A stretch of 64,000 nt of DNA from Candidatus Daviesbacteria bacterium. GTDB lineage: Bacteria; Patescibacteriota; Microgenomatia; Daviesbacterales; UBA10151. The stretch is from contig JACPDA010000004.1 in NCBI GenBank assembly GCA_016184225.1, positions 343,927 through 407,926 on the forward strand. Reading direction: 5' to 3'. Positions 44,291-53,809 of the stretch are shown piece after piece. Positions within the stretch are counted from its first letter, which is position 1; every line of letters starts with the position of its first letter. Below the pieces are notes generated by a model. That model worked only from the letters and a program-made list of their open reading frames with translations, made no database searches and was not told the origin of the DNA. The position numbers and the translations under genes were made by a program.

Positions 44291-47200
44291 TGAAAAGATT
44301 TGTTTGCTTTGTGTTTTTTCTGCTGCTTTTGATATTTGCTCCCCAGGCTTTTGCTCAGGGTAACTCCTATGTTTCGATTGTTAATCCTGTCAGGGGTGAT
44401 GATTTCTGGGATTTAAAGGATCAAAAGCCGGAAACTGCTGTTTTGGGACAAATTGCAATTTTAGAAAAATTCAATTTACCTGCCACATGGTTAATCAGAT
44501 TTGATGCGCTAGATAATCAGAATATCACACTCAAGCTAAAAGAGAGATCTTTGGATGAGAAAGGATTATTTTTAGAAATTACACCAAGCTGGACTACTCA
44601 AGCAAAAGTTGGATACAAAACATCTAATACTTGGCATGCGGCCGGCAGCGCTTTCTTAACTGGTTATGAAAGGGAAGAGAGAATAGAGTTAATTGATACA
44701 GCTTTTAAAAGCTTCAAAGACAATTTTGGGATTTATCCTGTTTCAGTAGGAGCTTGGTGGATTGATAGTTTCTCACTGGATTATATGCAGAAAAAATATG
44801 GCATCAGTTCTGCTTTAATTGTGGCCGATCAATACTCTACAGACAACTATCAAATTTGGGGACAATACTTTGGAACCCCGTATTATCCTTCCAAAAATAA
44901 TGCACTTCATCCGGCCCAAACATTGGAAAACAAATTAGATATTGTCATGACCCAGTGGGCCTTGCGTGATCCGGTGAATGCTTATGGAAACGGGGTAATG
45001 GAGAGTACCTTCTCCATCCAAGCTAATGATTATATGGACTATCATGACTTAGATACAGGTTATTTTTCTACCTTAATTGCTACTTATACAAAACAGCAGT
45101 TTAATAAGTTTGCTCATATCGTGGTCGGTTTAGAAAACTCATATGAGTGGAATAAATACTCGGGTGAATATCAAAGGCAAATAGAAACACTAGCAAGGGG
45201 AAAAGAAGCCAACGTCGCTATTGTAACGTTAAAAGATTTCGCCAGTTGGTATAAAACCAGTTTCCCCCAACTTTCCCCGGAACAGTTAATTATTGCTGAT
45301 GACCCGTTGGGAAGTTCCAAAAAAACAGTTTGGTATATGAATCCCTATTACAGAGTTGGCTGGTTCTACAATCAGAATGGTTCTGTATTTAGAGATATCA
45401 GGCAGTATATAGACGGAGAAGAAGAATTATGTTTTAGAAGTAGATGTGACAGCGTTAATTTTGCAACCAGTGCTACTCGAGTTTTGGATGATGTAAGTTT
45501 TGGCCACAAATGGGTGATAGATGAAGGAAGGATTAATAATTTTAAAGTAGAGAAAAAAGATGAAAGCTTCTTTATAAGTTATGTCAATGAAGCAGGAAAC
45601 TTAAGGCAAATAGGGTTACTTCCTCGTGATATCAGTATTGACGAAAAGATTTTCTCAATTGACGGAGCAATACTAAATGCTACAAAAAAAGAAAATTCGA
45701 CAGAAAAAGGGACCATAAGTACTGGTAATTTATTCAAATGGTCTCCTCTTTCAATATCTTTCAAGATTGGAAGCTTCCTTGTCTTTCTCATCTTTGTAGT
45801 TATTATCCCGGGACTCATATTATCCAATAACTCCTTTAATAAAAATATGGCGCCCTTTTTAAGGTTATTCATATCAGGAGTCATAGGACTTGTTGTGTTT
45901 ACATTGTTTTTTTATGTAGCCAGCCTTTATAAATTTAAGCCTCTAATTTTTCTCTATATTTTAATAAGTTTTATCATCTTTTTACGTTTTAAGTACTATA
46001 ATTTACTATCCGATCTGTTAAAGGATGTTCGGTCTTTTAATTTAATTTCAACTTTAGTTCTGGCCGGGACTATTTTCCAGGTGACCCCAACATTTAGAAG
46101 TGGTCTTAATTTTACCTATGGTCTGGGGTTTTGGGGACCGAATACTCACGATGGGGTTTGGCATATGGCACTTATAAATCAATTGATTAAGTCGGTCCCC
46201 CCGGAAAATCCGATTTTTTCAGGTTCGGTTCTTAAGAATTACCATTTTTTCTATGACCTTTTAATCGCTGCCACGGCTTTTCTGTCAAAGATTCCCGTGG
46301 CAGATTTGGTGTTTAGGCTTTATCCGGTTGTCTTTTCCCTGATGCTGGGAATTGGTTCTTATTATTTGGTCATGAGACTTTTTGAAGAGAGGATGGGAGT
46401 TAAAAAATCTAAGTTAGCGAGTCTGATTAGTCTTTATCTGATTTATTTTGCAGGAAGCTTTGGTTGGATAGTTGAGTTTTTGCGGGAAAGGCATTTCGGT
46501 GGAGAGTCGGCATTTTGGGCAAACCAGGCAATTTCTTTTAATTTAAATCCGCCTTTTGCCATCTCATTGGTAATTATGATAGCTGTGCTTCACATACTGA
46601 TGTCCTCTCCCGATCTAAAGGGTAAAATTATTGCTATCCTTATTTTTGGGACACTAGCTAGTTTTAAGTCTTATACCGGAGTTTTAGTATTAGGGTCACT
46701 TCTAGTAGTTTCAATTATAAAAGTTTTTCATAAAAAAGATTTTTCTTACTTTTGGATTGCAATTTGTTCAATTACCATTTCAATGTGGTTATTTTTTTCA
46801 AACTTTGCAGCTAATTCTGCTTTTTTGATTTTTGCTCCATTTTGGTTTATTCATTCAATGGTTGATTCTCCGGATCGGGTGGGGTGGGTCAGGTTATCTT
46901 TGGCCAGGACCAGCTCTTTTGCTTTAGGACTGTGGCCAAAATTTATATTGGCAGAGATAACGAGCTTTATGCTTTTTATTATTGGAAACTTGGGGATGAG
47001 GTTTTTAAGTTTTGGAATATTTTTTAAATTTAAAGACATAGTTAAAAATGATACTTTTACATTTATTTTTATAATTTCCATTGCCTCAATGGGTATCCCG
47101 ATACTATTTATACAATCGGGTAATCCTTGGAATACTATCCAATTTTTCTACCCTGTTCTTTATACGAGCGCACTTTTTGCTGGGGTAGTGTTATCTTTCA

Positions 47201-47724
47201 TAATTTTTAAACTGAATCGAATTTTTGCTACAATTTTAGTTGGTATAATTTTAATTTTAGCGCCAATTAATTCTTTTGTGACTGCGAGAGGGTATTTTGG
47301 TAAAACTCCGCATGCTTTTATTAGCGCAAAAGAACTGGAGGGCTTGCAATTTTTATCAGCCCAACCTGATGGGATAGTTTTAACATATCCTTATGATGGG
47401 AAGTTAAAGCAAAACTTAGACGAACCCTGGCCGCTTTTTGTTTACGACAGCACTGCTTATGTGTCTGCTTTGTCAGAAAAGCCAGTTTATTTAGAAGATG
47501 AGCCGCAAAACCAAATTCTTTTAACTGATTATAAAAAAAGATTGGTTGCTTCCAAAGATTTCTTCCTAAAACCTCTTTCTGGAAGTTCAAAGTTCCTGCA
47601 ACAAACCCAAATAAAATATATTTATCTACCAAAAATATACAACATCCGTTTGGATGAAAGTACCGGAATAGTTACGAAGACCTTTGAAAACGAAGAACTG
47701 GTTACATATGCAACAAATTATTAA
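44290..47724 (+). CDS. Large fusion protein (1144 aa): a secreted ~480-aa soluble domain plus a multi-TM GT-C-like domain (paralog family C) plus a C-terminal soluble domain
   Basis: A signal peptide is present (MKRFVCFVFFLLLLIFAPQAFAQG). The soluble region is VNPVRGDDFWD... with no family recognised. The TM domain contains WGPNTHDGVWHMALINQL...LKNYHFFYDLLIAA, paralogous to 50144-52135. The C-terminal tails of the two proteins also align (IKYIYLPK versus IDYIYLVWDQK). Confidence 0.6.
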   Translation: MKRFVCFVFFLLLLIFAPQAFAQGNSYVSIVNPVRGDDFWDLKDQKPETAVLGQIAILEKFNLPATWLIRFDALDNQNITLKLKERSLDEKGLFLEITPSWTTQAKVGYKTSNTWHAAGSAFLTGYEREERIELIDTAFKSFKDNFGIYPVSVGAWWIDSFSLDYMQKKYGISSALIVADQYSTDNYQIWGQYFGTPYYPSKNNALHPAQTLENKLDIVMTQWALRDPVNAYGNGVMESTFSIQANDYMDYHDLDTGYFSTLIATYTKQQFNKFAHIVVGLENSYEWNKYSGEYQRQIETLARGKEANVAIVTLKDFASWYKTSFPQLSPEQLIIADDPLGSSKKTVWYMNPYYRVGWFYNQNGSVFRDIRQYIDGEEELCFRSRCDSVNFATSATRVLDDVSFGHKWVIDEGRINNFKVEKKDESFFISYVNEAGNLRQIGLLPRDISIDEKIFSIDGAILNATKKENSTEKGTISTGNLFKWSPLSISFKIGSFLVFLIFVVIIPGLILSNNSFNKNMAPFLRLFISGVIGLVVFTLFFYVASLYKFKPLIFLYILISFIIFLRFKYYNLLSDLLKDVRSFNLISTLVLAGTIFQVTPTFRSGLNFTYGLGFWGPNTHDGVWHMALINQLIKSVPPENPIFSGSVLKNYHFFYDLLIAATAFLSKIPVADLVFRLYPVVFSLMLGIGSYYLVMRLFEERMGVKKSKLASLISLYLIYFAGSFGWIVEFLRERHFGGESAFWANQAISFNLNPPFAISLVIMIAVLHILMSSPDLKGKIIAILIFGTLASFKSYTGVLVLGSLLVVSIIKVFHKKDFSYFWIAICSITISMWLFFSNFAANSAFLIFAPFWFIHSMVDSPDRVGWVRLSLARTSSFALGLWPKFILAEITSFMLFIIGNLGMRFLSFGIFFKFKDIVKNDTFTFIFIISIASMGIPILFIQSGNPWNTIQFFYPVLYTSALFAGVVLSFIIFKLNRIFATILVGIILILAPINSFVTARGYFGKTPHAFISAKELEGLQFLSAQPDGIVLTYPYDGKLKQNLDEPWPLFVYDSTAYVSALSEKPVYLEDEPQNQILLTDYKKRLVASKDFFLKPLSGSSKFLQQTQIKYIYLPKIYNIRLDESTGIVTKTFENEELVTYATNY

Positions 47725-48649
47725 GAATCAATTTTTTATAGCGATTTTAGTTTATCTTTTTATTGTCAGTTTAACAACACTTCCAGCATTGAGTTTTTTT
47801 CAAAAGATCAGGTTAGCAAATGAAGGATATAAAGAGCAGATGACAGCTTATCAAAATCTGAATATTAGAAAGAGACAATTTATAGGAAACTTTCAAAAAA
47901 TGACTTGCAATGGCAATTTATTTTTTCAAGCAGGGGCTCCGGTAACTGCTATTCATCTCAGGGATAATTATCTTTATCTTTCCCAAGCAGATAATCAGCT
48001 GGTAGTTATTAATTTGATTACCCCTGAACATCCTACAAGGTTCCCAGTTCCTGTTTTAACTGATATCTATTCAGATACTACTGATATTTATGGCACGGAT
48101 TTTTTTAATGATAGGGTCATCAGGCTTGTTTTTGAAAAAGAAGAAGTTGTCGTCGAAAAAGTTTATCCTAAAATTGGCAGAGCTTCGTCTTTAACCCGTG
48201 ATACCAAGGGCTATTTTTATGTTTCCGGTTATGTCTCCGGAAATATTTCCAAAATTCTTGGTAGAGACGGCTTTTTTTTCCTTCCTGATTTGAATAAAAT
48301 TGTTGACCTTGAGTTAATCACCGGTCATCTAGTAGTAGCCCGCTACGATGCTCAGCCCACACTTATCAGTATAAATTTAACTGACGGGAAGCAAACAGTG
48401 ATTGAAGAAAAAAGAAGTATTTCATCACTTGCTTTTGACGGGGAAACACTCTGGGCAGTATACGATCAGGCCGGTCAGTCACAAATTGGGAAGGTTACCT
48501 CGGAGGCTTTAATAGACGATCAGGTTTTAGATTGTCCTTTTCCGGTAAAAGTATCCGTCGGGAAAGATAGGGTTTTTTACACTTCGCTTGATGATAGCGA
48601 AGGGAAGGTTTATTGGATTAATAAAAATCTCCAAAAGAACGGTAAATAA
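47708..48649 (+). CDS. Hypothetical protein with an N-terminal TM and a repetitive beta-strand-rich body (possible beta-propeller)
   Basis: The TM span is FFIAILVYLFIVSLTTLPALSFF. Repeated hydrophobic beta-strand-like units follow (LVVINL, VIRLVF, YFYVSGY, VYWINK). No family was recognised. Confidence 0.4.
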   Translation: MQQIIKNQFFIAILVYLFIVSLTTLPALSFFQKIRLANEGYKEQMTAYQNLNIRKRQFIGNFQKMTCNGNLFFQAGAPVTAIHLRDNYLYLSQADNQLVVINLITPEHPTRFPVPVLTDIYSDTTDIYGTDFFNDRVIRLVFEKEEVVVEKVYPKIGRASSLTRDTKGYFYVSGYVSGNISKILGRDGFFFLPDLNKIVDLELITGHLVVARYDAQPTLISINLTDGKQTVIEEKRSISSLAFDGETLWAVYDQAGQSQIGKVTSEALIDDQVLDCPFPVKVSVGKDRVFYTSLDDSEGKVYWINKNLQKNGK

Positions 48650-50082
48650 GCACCGCTTAAGAATGTTCCCGGTCCGTAGGGAAAGGATTTGGACTCGCTG
48701 GCTATCGGAAAAGCCGAATAAATTGCCTGGGTATTTAAAAAAAATCCCACCACGATTACACTTACAAGGACTATTTTTGTGATCCTCAGAAAGACAGTTT
48801 TTTTAAGGAGGAAATAAAAAATTGCTGGAGAGACTAACATAGTAATGATAAAGCGGAATTTTGCGGGTTCTATTTGGGGTTTGAATTCATTTGATAGGAA
48901 AGAACGGCCGGAAAGAAGAAGACCGATGACTAAGATAGTAGTTACCAGATTTGGCTGTCGGATAATTTCAAAGAGCAAAAGAGCAGCAGAGATAGAGAGG
49001 AAGGGGAAAAAGGGGAAATGGTACCAAAGCAAGACATCAGTCTGGCCGCCGGAAAAAACAACCACCATAGCCCAGAAAATAAAAGCTAGGGAGACTAACT
49101 GAAAGCGCTTATCGGCAAACTTCGTGATTGCCAAGTAGACTGCAGCAAAAAGAGAGAAAATATACCAGCCATCATAAAAAAAGTTGATACTGTAACCCGG
49201 ACTACTTAAGAGAAAAGGTAAGCCCAGAAATCCGACCGGTCTGCCGCTTTGCTGCAAATTAATCTGGACAAATAGATTCCAGTCCACAGCCGCTCCATAA
49301 GCCAGAAGTACTCCTACAAACCAGCTAACACCCAACAAAACAAAAGCGATTTCTTTCCATAACTTATTTTTGGCCAGCAGAAAAATAATAAAAAAAACAA
49401 TTAAAAATCCCGTCTGTTTCATCAGCCCGGCTAAGCCGATGACAATTGGAAGAAACGATAAGAAATACCACTTCTGTTTCTCAAGATAAAGAATAGTCAA
49501 ATAGATAGCCAATATGTAAAAAAAGGTAATACCGTTTTCCGCCACCGAGAGACGTTGACCAAAGACAAAAAGCGGTGTCAGTGAGTAAATGGTTGTGGCC
49601 AGTATTGCCGGCCAAAAGCCGAAAAGTTTTTTGGTTAGTAAAAAGAGAACTATGGTAGTGGCAAAGGCAAAAAATAAAGCAGGCAGACGGATATAGGAGG
49701 CAGGTAAAATCGACCACGGATTAGCTCCATAAAAATGAGCTACGCCTCCTGATAAAAGACCATAAAGCGGCGGTAAATCAAGCCAGGGAGAGAGGATATC
49801 AACATTTAACTCTATATCGTAGCCTACTATTTTACCGCTGAAGACATTATCCTGAATCGGGAATTTACCTGCCGGAGACCAGGTTCGGGGAATACCGGAT
49901 TCTATTAAATGAATTCCCATCCAGGAATAGGCATATTCTTCAAGATGACCCATTAAAGGATAGCGGTCATAATTAACGCTTTTTATGGTAAAGAAAAAGG
50001 CAAAAGCAACCAGGATAAGTAAGAATTTACTCCAGAACACTAAGTTGATACGTCTATTTTCTCTCACAGTTAAATTATACAA
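48610..50082 (-). CDS. GT-C glycosyltransferase, PMT_2/ArnT-like
   Basis: The protein has more than 10 TM spans and a first-loop acidic motif LMGHLEEYAYSWMGIHLIESG. The start is ambiguous, either TTG at 50082 or GTG at 50067. Confidence 0.6.
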   Translation of the reverse strand: MYNLTVRENRRINLVFWSKFLLILVAFAFFFTIKSVNYDRYPLMGHLEEYAYSWMGIHLIESGIPRTWSPAGKFPIQDNVFSGKIVGYDIELNVDILSPWLDLPPLYGLLSGGVAHFYGANPWSILPASYIRLPALFFAFATTIVLFLLTKKLFGFWPAILATTIYSLTPLFVFGQRLSVAENGITFFYILAIYLTILYLEKQKWYFLSFLPIVIGLAGLMKQTGFLIVFFIIFLLAKNKLWKEIAFVLLGVSWFVGVLLAYGAAVDWNLFVQINLQQSGRPVGFLGLPFLLSSPGYSINFFYDGWYIFSLFAAVYLAITKFADKRFQLVSLAFIFWAMVVVFSGGQTDVLLWYHFPFFPFLSISAALLLFEIIRQPNLVTTILVIGLLLSGRSFLSNEFKPQIEPAKFRFIITMLVSPAIFYFLLKKTVFLRITKIVLVSVIVVGFFLNTQAIYSAFPIASESKSFPYGPGTFLSGAYLPFFWRFLLIQ

Positions 50083-50143
50083 TGTTAAGTATGTTTGTGG
50101 ATTTTAGGGATATTTGTGTAGTAAGCTTAGGACATCTATATCA

Positions 50144-52135
50144 ATGGTCATTAATACTTTACTGCAATTTTTTTTAGGAACAATTTTTTTAATTTTGGCC
50201 GTTGTTTGTTTTACACTTCCAGGTCATGCAATTCTACGGAAATTAACCCCTGATCTGGATGATTTGGAAAAATTTACCATAGCTTCTGTTTTTGGATTAG
50301 TAATATTTACATTAGCAGCTTATGTTTTGGCAGCAATTCATCTGCGTTTTTTGATGTGGACTTTTCCGCTGATAGGTATTTGGTCGCTATATAATTTCAG
50401 GAAAGAAATATTTTCATTTAGGTTAAAGATTTCTCACAAAATAGTTTTTCTTTTAGTTTTTTTGATGGGGGTGATTGGAATGGTTGCGGTTAATGCTCCG
50501 TCTGGATTTCCCTACAGGGAAGGGATCTATTTTTGGAGTTCGCACGGGCATGACGGGGTTTGGCATCTTGCTTTAATGGAGCAGATGAAAACCTCAAACT
50601 TTCCATTTCAAAACCCAGAGCTGGCCGGAGCTAAACTACAAAATTATCACTTCTTTGTTGACCTTCTGATGTCTGAGTTTTCCAGATTATTTCAATTTTC
50701 CAGCTTAGATATCTATTTTCGGTTTATGCCGGTTGTATTTGCGGCTTTGTTAGGTTTAGCGAGTTTCATATTTGTTAGGGCTTGGGGTAAATCTGAGGTA
50801 GCGGGTATATGGGCTATGTTTTTTACTTCTTTTGCCGGAAGCTTCGGTTACTTATTGTATATTCCCACGCACTTAAGTTTAGGAGGAGAATCAATATTTT
50901 GGGTTTCTCAAACGCAATCGGTTTTGGGAAATCCTCCGCATGCCGCGGCTTTCATTATTACAACCGCATTCTTATTCTGTTTCCTAAAATACTTAAAATC
51001 AAAAAAGCTTATCTTTTTCTTGCTCTGTACAATTCTGGGCGGAGTAGTTATTGAATTTAAAGTTTATGCCGGGATGTTAATCCTTGGGGGGCTGTTTTTA
51101 GCAGGGATCTTTGAACTTTTCTTCAAACGCAAATTTCAAGTTATATTCTTATTCTTATCAATTTTTCTGGTTTCATTTATTATTTATTTTCCCAACAGTA
51201 AAAACTCCCAAGACTTTCTACTTTGGCAACCCTGGTGGTTCATCAGGACAATGGTGGTAGCACCCGACAGATTAAACTGGATAGACTTGGAGCTTAGAAG
51301 GCAAACATATATTGCTGAGGAAAATTGGAAAAGAGTTATACAAGTTGAAGCAACTGCGTTTTTAATTTTTCTTTTTGGGAATTTAGGGATGAGGTTTGTA
51401 GGGTTTTGGACCTACTTTAAAAAAGTAAAAGAAAACCTTTTTAAAAATAATTTTAATATCTTCTTTTTAGGTATTACCACTGCTTCGTTTTTTGTCCCGG
51501 TTTTTTTTCTGCAGAAAGGCGTTGCCTGGAATACAATACAGTTTAACCAGTACTTCTTGTTATTTTTTGGATTCCTTGCTGCTATTACCACTGCCGAACT
51601 TTTGTTATATCTCAAAAATATTTCCTTAAGATATCTTCTTTCAGGCTTAATAATCCTTCTCTCCGTACCTACCCAATTGGGATTGCTGTGGCAATTTTAT
51701 TCCAACCCGGCTTTATCGAAAGTTTCGTATGAAGAGATAGAGGCGCTGAAGTTTCTTAAAAAGGTTTCTGCAGACGCCATTGTTTTGACATCGCCTTTTA
51801 ATAGATATGAAAGGGATAAGTACAATATGCCGCCGATACCTATTTATGCCTGGTATGATACCGGTTATGTATCGGCTTTCTCGGGCAAAAAAACATTAAT
51901 ATCGGATGAGGAACAAGTCAATATTATGGGCTACAAAGTTGATAAATTATTGCTAGACAGATCGGAAGCCTTTGAAAGTACCGACCATCAGAAAATGAAT
52001 AGCTTCTTAAAAAAATATAAAATTGATTATATTTATCTTGTCTGGGATCAGAAAATCGCCACCAGCAGCAGTTTTCTCGATGTCGACTCTGTTTTTGAGA
52101 ATAAGGATGCCAGGATTTTTAAAGTAAGGAAATGA
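50144..52135 (+). CDS. Integral membrane GT-C-like protein (paralog family C) with a C-terminal soluble domain
   Basis: WSSHGHDGVWHLALMEQM...LQNYHFFVDLLMSEF aligns with the TM domain of 44290-47724. The start was taken at the ATG at 50144 (MVINTLLQFF). Confidence 0.55.
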   Translation: MVINTLLQFFLGTIFLILAVVCFTLPGHAILRKLTPDLDDLEKFTIASVFGLVIFTLAAYVLAAIHLRFLMWTFPLIGIWSLYNFRKEIFSFRLKISHKIVFLLVFLMGVIGMVAVNAPSGFPYREGIYFWSSHGHDGVWHLALMEQMKTSNFPFQNPELAGAKLQNYHFFVDLLMSEFSRLFQFSSLDIYFRFMPVVFAALLGLASFIFVRAWGKSEVAGIWAMFFTSFAGSFGYLLYIPTHLSLGGESIFWVSQTQSVLGNPPHAAAFIITTAFLFCFLKYLKSKKLIFFLLCTILGGVVIEFKVYAGMLILGGLFLAGIFELFFKRKFQVIFLFLSIFLVSFIIYFPNSKNSQDFLLWQPWWFIRTMVVAPDRLNWIDLELRRQTYIAEENWKRVIQVEATAFLIFLFGNLGMRFVGFWTYFKKVKENLFKNNFNIFFLGITTASFFVPVFFLQKGVAWNTIQFNQYFLLFFGFLAAITTAELLLYLKNISLRYLLSGLIILLSVPTQLGLLWQFYSNPALSKVSYEEIEALKFLKKVSADAIVLTSPFNRYERDKYNMPPIPIYAWYDTGYVSAFSGKKTLISDEEQVNIMGYKVDKLLLDRSEAFESTDHQKMNSFLKKYKIDYIYLVWDQKIATSSSFLDVDSVFENKDARIFKVRK

Positions 52136-53805
52136 AGATTTTTTTAAAGGGAAATTTATTGATTTTAGCAGCAATATTACTTTTGGGATTATTGCTGCGA
52201 GCCGTATTTATTAATAATAGTCCGCCTTCTTTGTATGGCGATGAATTGACTATTACACTGGATGCTTATGCACTGTTAAAAACAGGACACGACCAGCTGG
52301 GTAATTTTCTGCCTTTAACTTTCCCCATGGGAGCCGGCAGACCTGCCGGTTATATTTATGGGACCATCCCTTTCGTTGCTCTCTTTGGCCCTACAGCAAT
52401 AGGGGTAAGGATATTATCAATTCTTTCTGGTGTCGGAATCATTTTTTTTCTTTATTTAATTGGAAAAAAGCTTTTTTCCAAAAAGGTAGGACTTTTGACA
52501 GCTTTTATTGGCGCAGTCTCTCCTTGGGACATATCTTTAAGCAGAGGAGGTTTTGAAGCTCATTTTGCGCTTTTTTTGTCTCTTCTGGGTATATATATGT
52601 TCATAGAAGCCAAGAAAAGTCCCGTTTATTATCTTTTTTCAGCTTTAAGTTTTGGATTAACTTTTTACACCTATCCCACATATAAAGTTAGTTTACTTCT
52701 GTTTTTGCCTTTACTACTTTGGTTTCAAGGAGCAAGAGATATTTTGAGCAATGGAAAGAAATATTTTTTGGTAGGTATATCATTTTTATTAGTTTTAGGA
52801 ATGTTATCCTTAAGTCAAACTTTTATAACTTGCTTCAAGTTACAAGAAGTAAGATGTAATCTTACGATTATTGGCGGCTCAGAGACGAGGTTTTCTGATA
52901 TAAATATTCTTTCTCAAGGTAAACTAAAAAACGCTATTGAGCAGAAAATAAACTCAGAAAGACAAATCAGTAATCTACCTAAGAATCTAATCAAATACTT
53001 TCATAATAAACCTGTCGAATATTCAAAAATTCTGATTGAAAATTATTTACAAAATTTTTCCATGGATTTTTTATTTTTACACGGAGACAGAAATCCACGA
53101 CATAACATGGGGACTATCGGTGGCTTATACGTTATAGAGATTATTTTGTTAATAATAGGAATTTTAACTTTCTGGGAGAAAAGCAGAAAAATAATTTTAT
53201 TCCTACTTCTGTGGATAATTATTGCCCCGATTCCTACTGCTATTGTTGACTTCCCGCATGCTTTAAGGAGCTCGTTTATGTTACCTCCTCTAATTATCAT
53301 TTCAGCCCTGGGGCTTATCACCCTGTTGAATCATAGGAACAAGATAACTTTGTCCATAATTTTCTTCCTTTTCTTTATCCAATTCCTATTTTTCATACAA
53401 AAATTATATTTTCTTGCACCGAATGAATATAGTAGTTTTTGGTCTTATCCGGCAAAATTGGCATCTAAAATTGCAACCGAGAATAAGGATAAATATGATT
53501 ACGTAATCCTGTCGGATAGGATTAATGATATTGAATTTGCTTACCCTGTCTATTCAAAAATAGATCCAGTAGCGGTGATTGCTCAAAATAAAGAGCGGTC
53601 AGATTTGATAAATTACCCGATGAAGAAATTCGGCAATGTTTTTATCGGGTTTATCGCAGAAAGAGAATTGTTAAAATTTATCAATAGTCTTCCTGGCTCT
53701 ACTTTATACATTGGAACAAAAGCAGAGGGTGAACATCTTAGTGATTACGAAGTTATTAAAAGTTTGAACAAAGAGGTGGTATTGGTGTTAAAAAGAAAAC
53801 CCTGA
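52132..53805 (+). CDS. GT-C glycosyltransferase, PMT_2/ArnT-like
   Basis: PSLYGDELTITLDAYALLKTGHDQLGNFLPLTFP is the first-loop DE motif. The protein is multi-TM and ATGA-coupled to the upstream gene. Confidence 0.65.
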   Translation: MKIFLKGNLLILAAILLLGLLLRAVFINNSPPSLYGDELTITLDAYALLKTGHDQLGNFLPLTFPMGAGRPAGYIYGTIPFVALFGPTAIGVRILSILSGVGIIFFLYLIGKKLFSKKVGLLTAFIGAVSPWDISLSRGGFEAHFALFLSLLGIYMFIEAKKSPVYYLFSALSFGLTFYTYPTYKVSLLLFLPLLLWFQGARDILSNGKKYFLVGISFLLVLGMLSLSQTFITCFKLQEVRCNLTIIGGSETRFSDINILSQGKLKNAIEQKINSERQISNLPKNLIKYFHNKPVEYSKILIENYLQNFSMDFLFLHGDRNPRHNMGTIGGLYVIEIILLIIGILTFWEKSRKIILFLLLWIIIAPIPTAIVDFPHALRSSFMLPPLIIISALGLITLLNHRNKITLSIIFFLFFIQFLFFIQKLYFLAPNEYSSFWSYPAKLASKIATENKDKYDYVILSDRINDIEFAYPVYSKIDPVAVIAQNKERSDLINYPMKKFGNVFIGFIAERELLKFINSLPGSTLYIGTKAEGEHLSDYEVIKSLNKEVVLVLKRKP

Positions 53806-53809
53806 AAAG

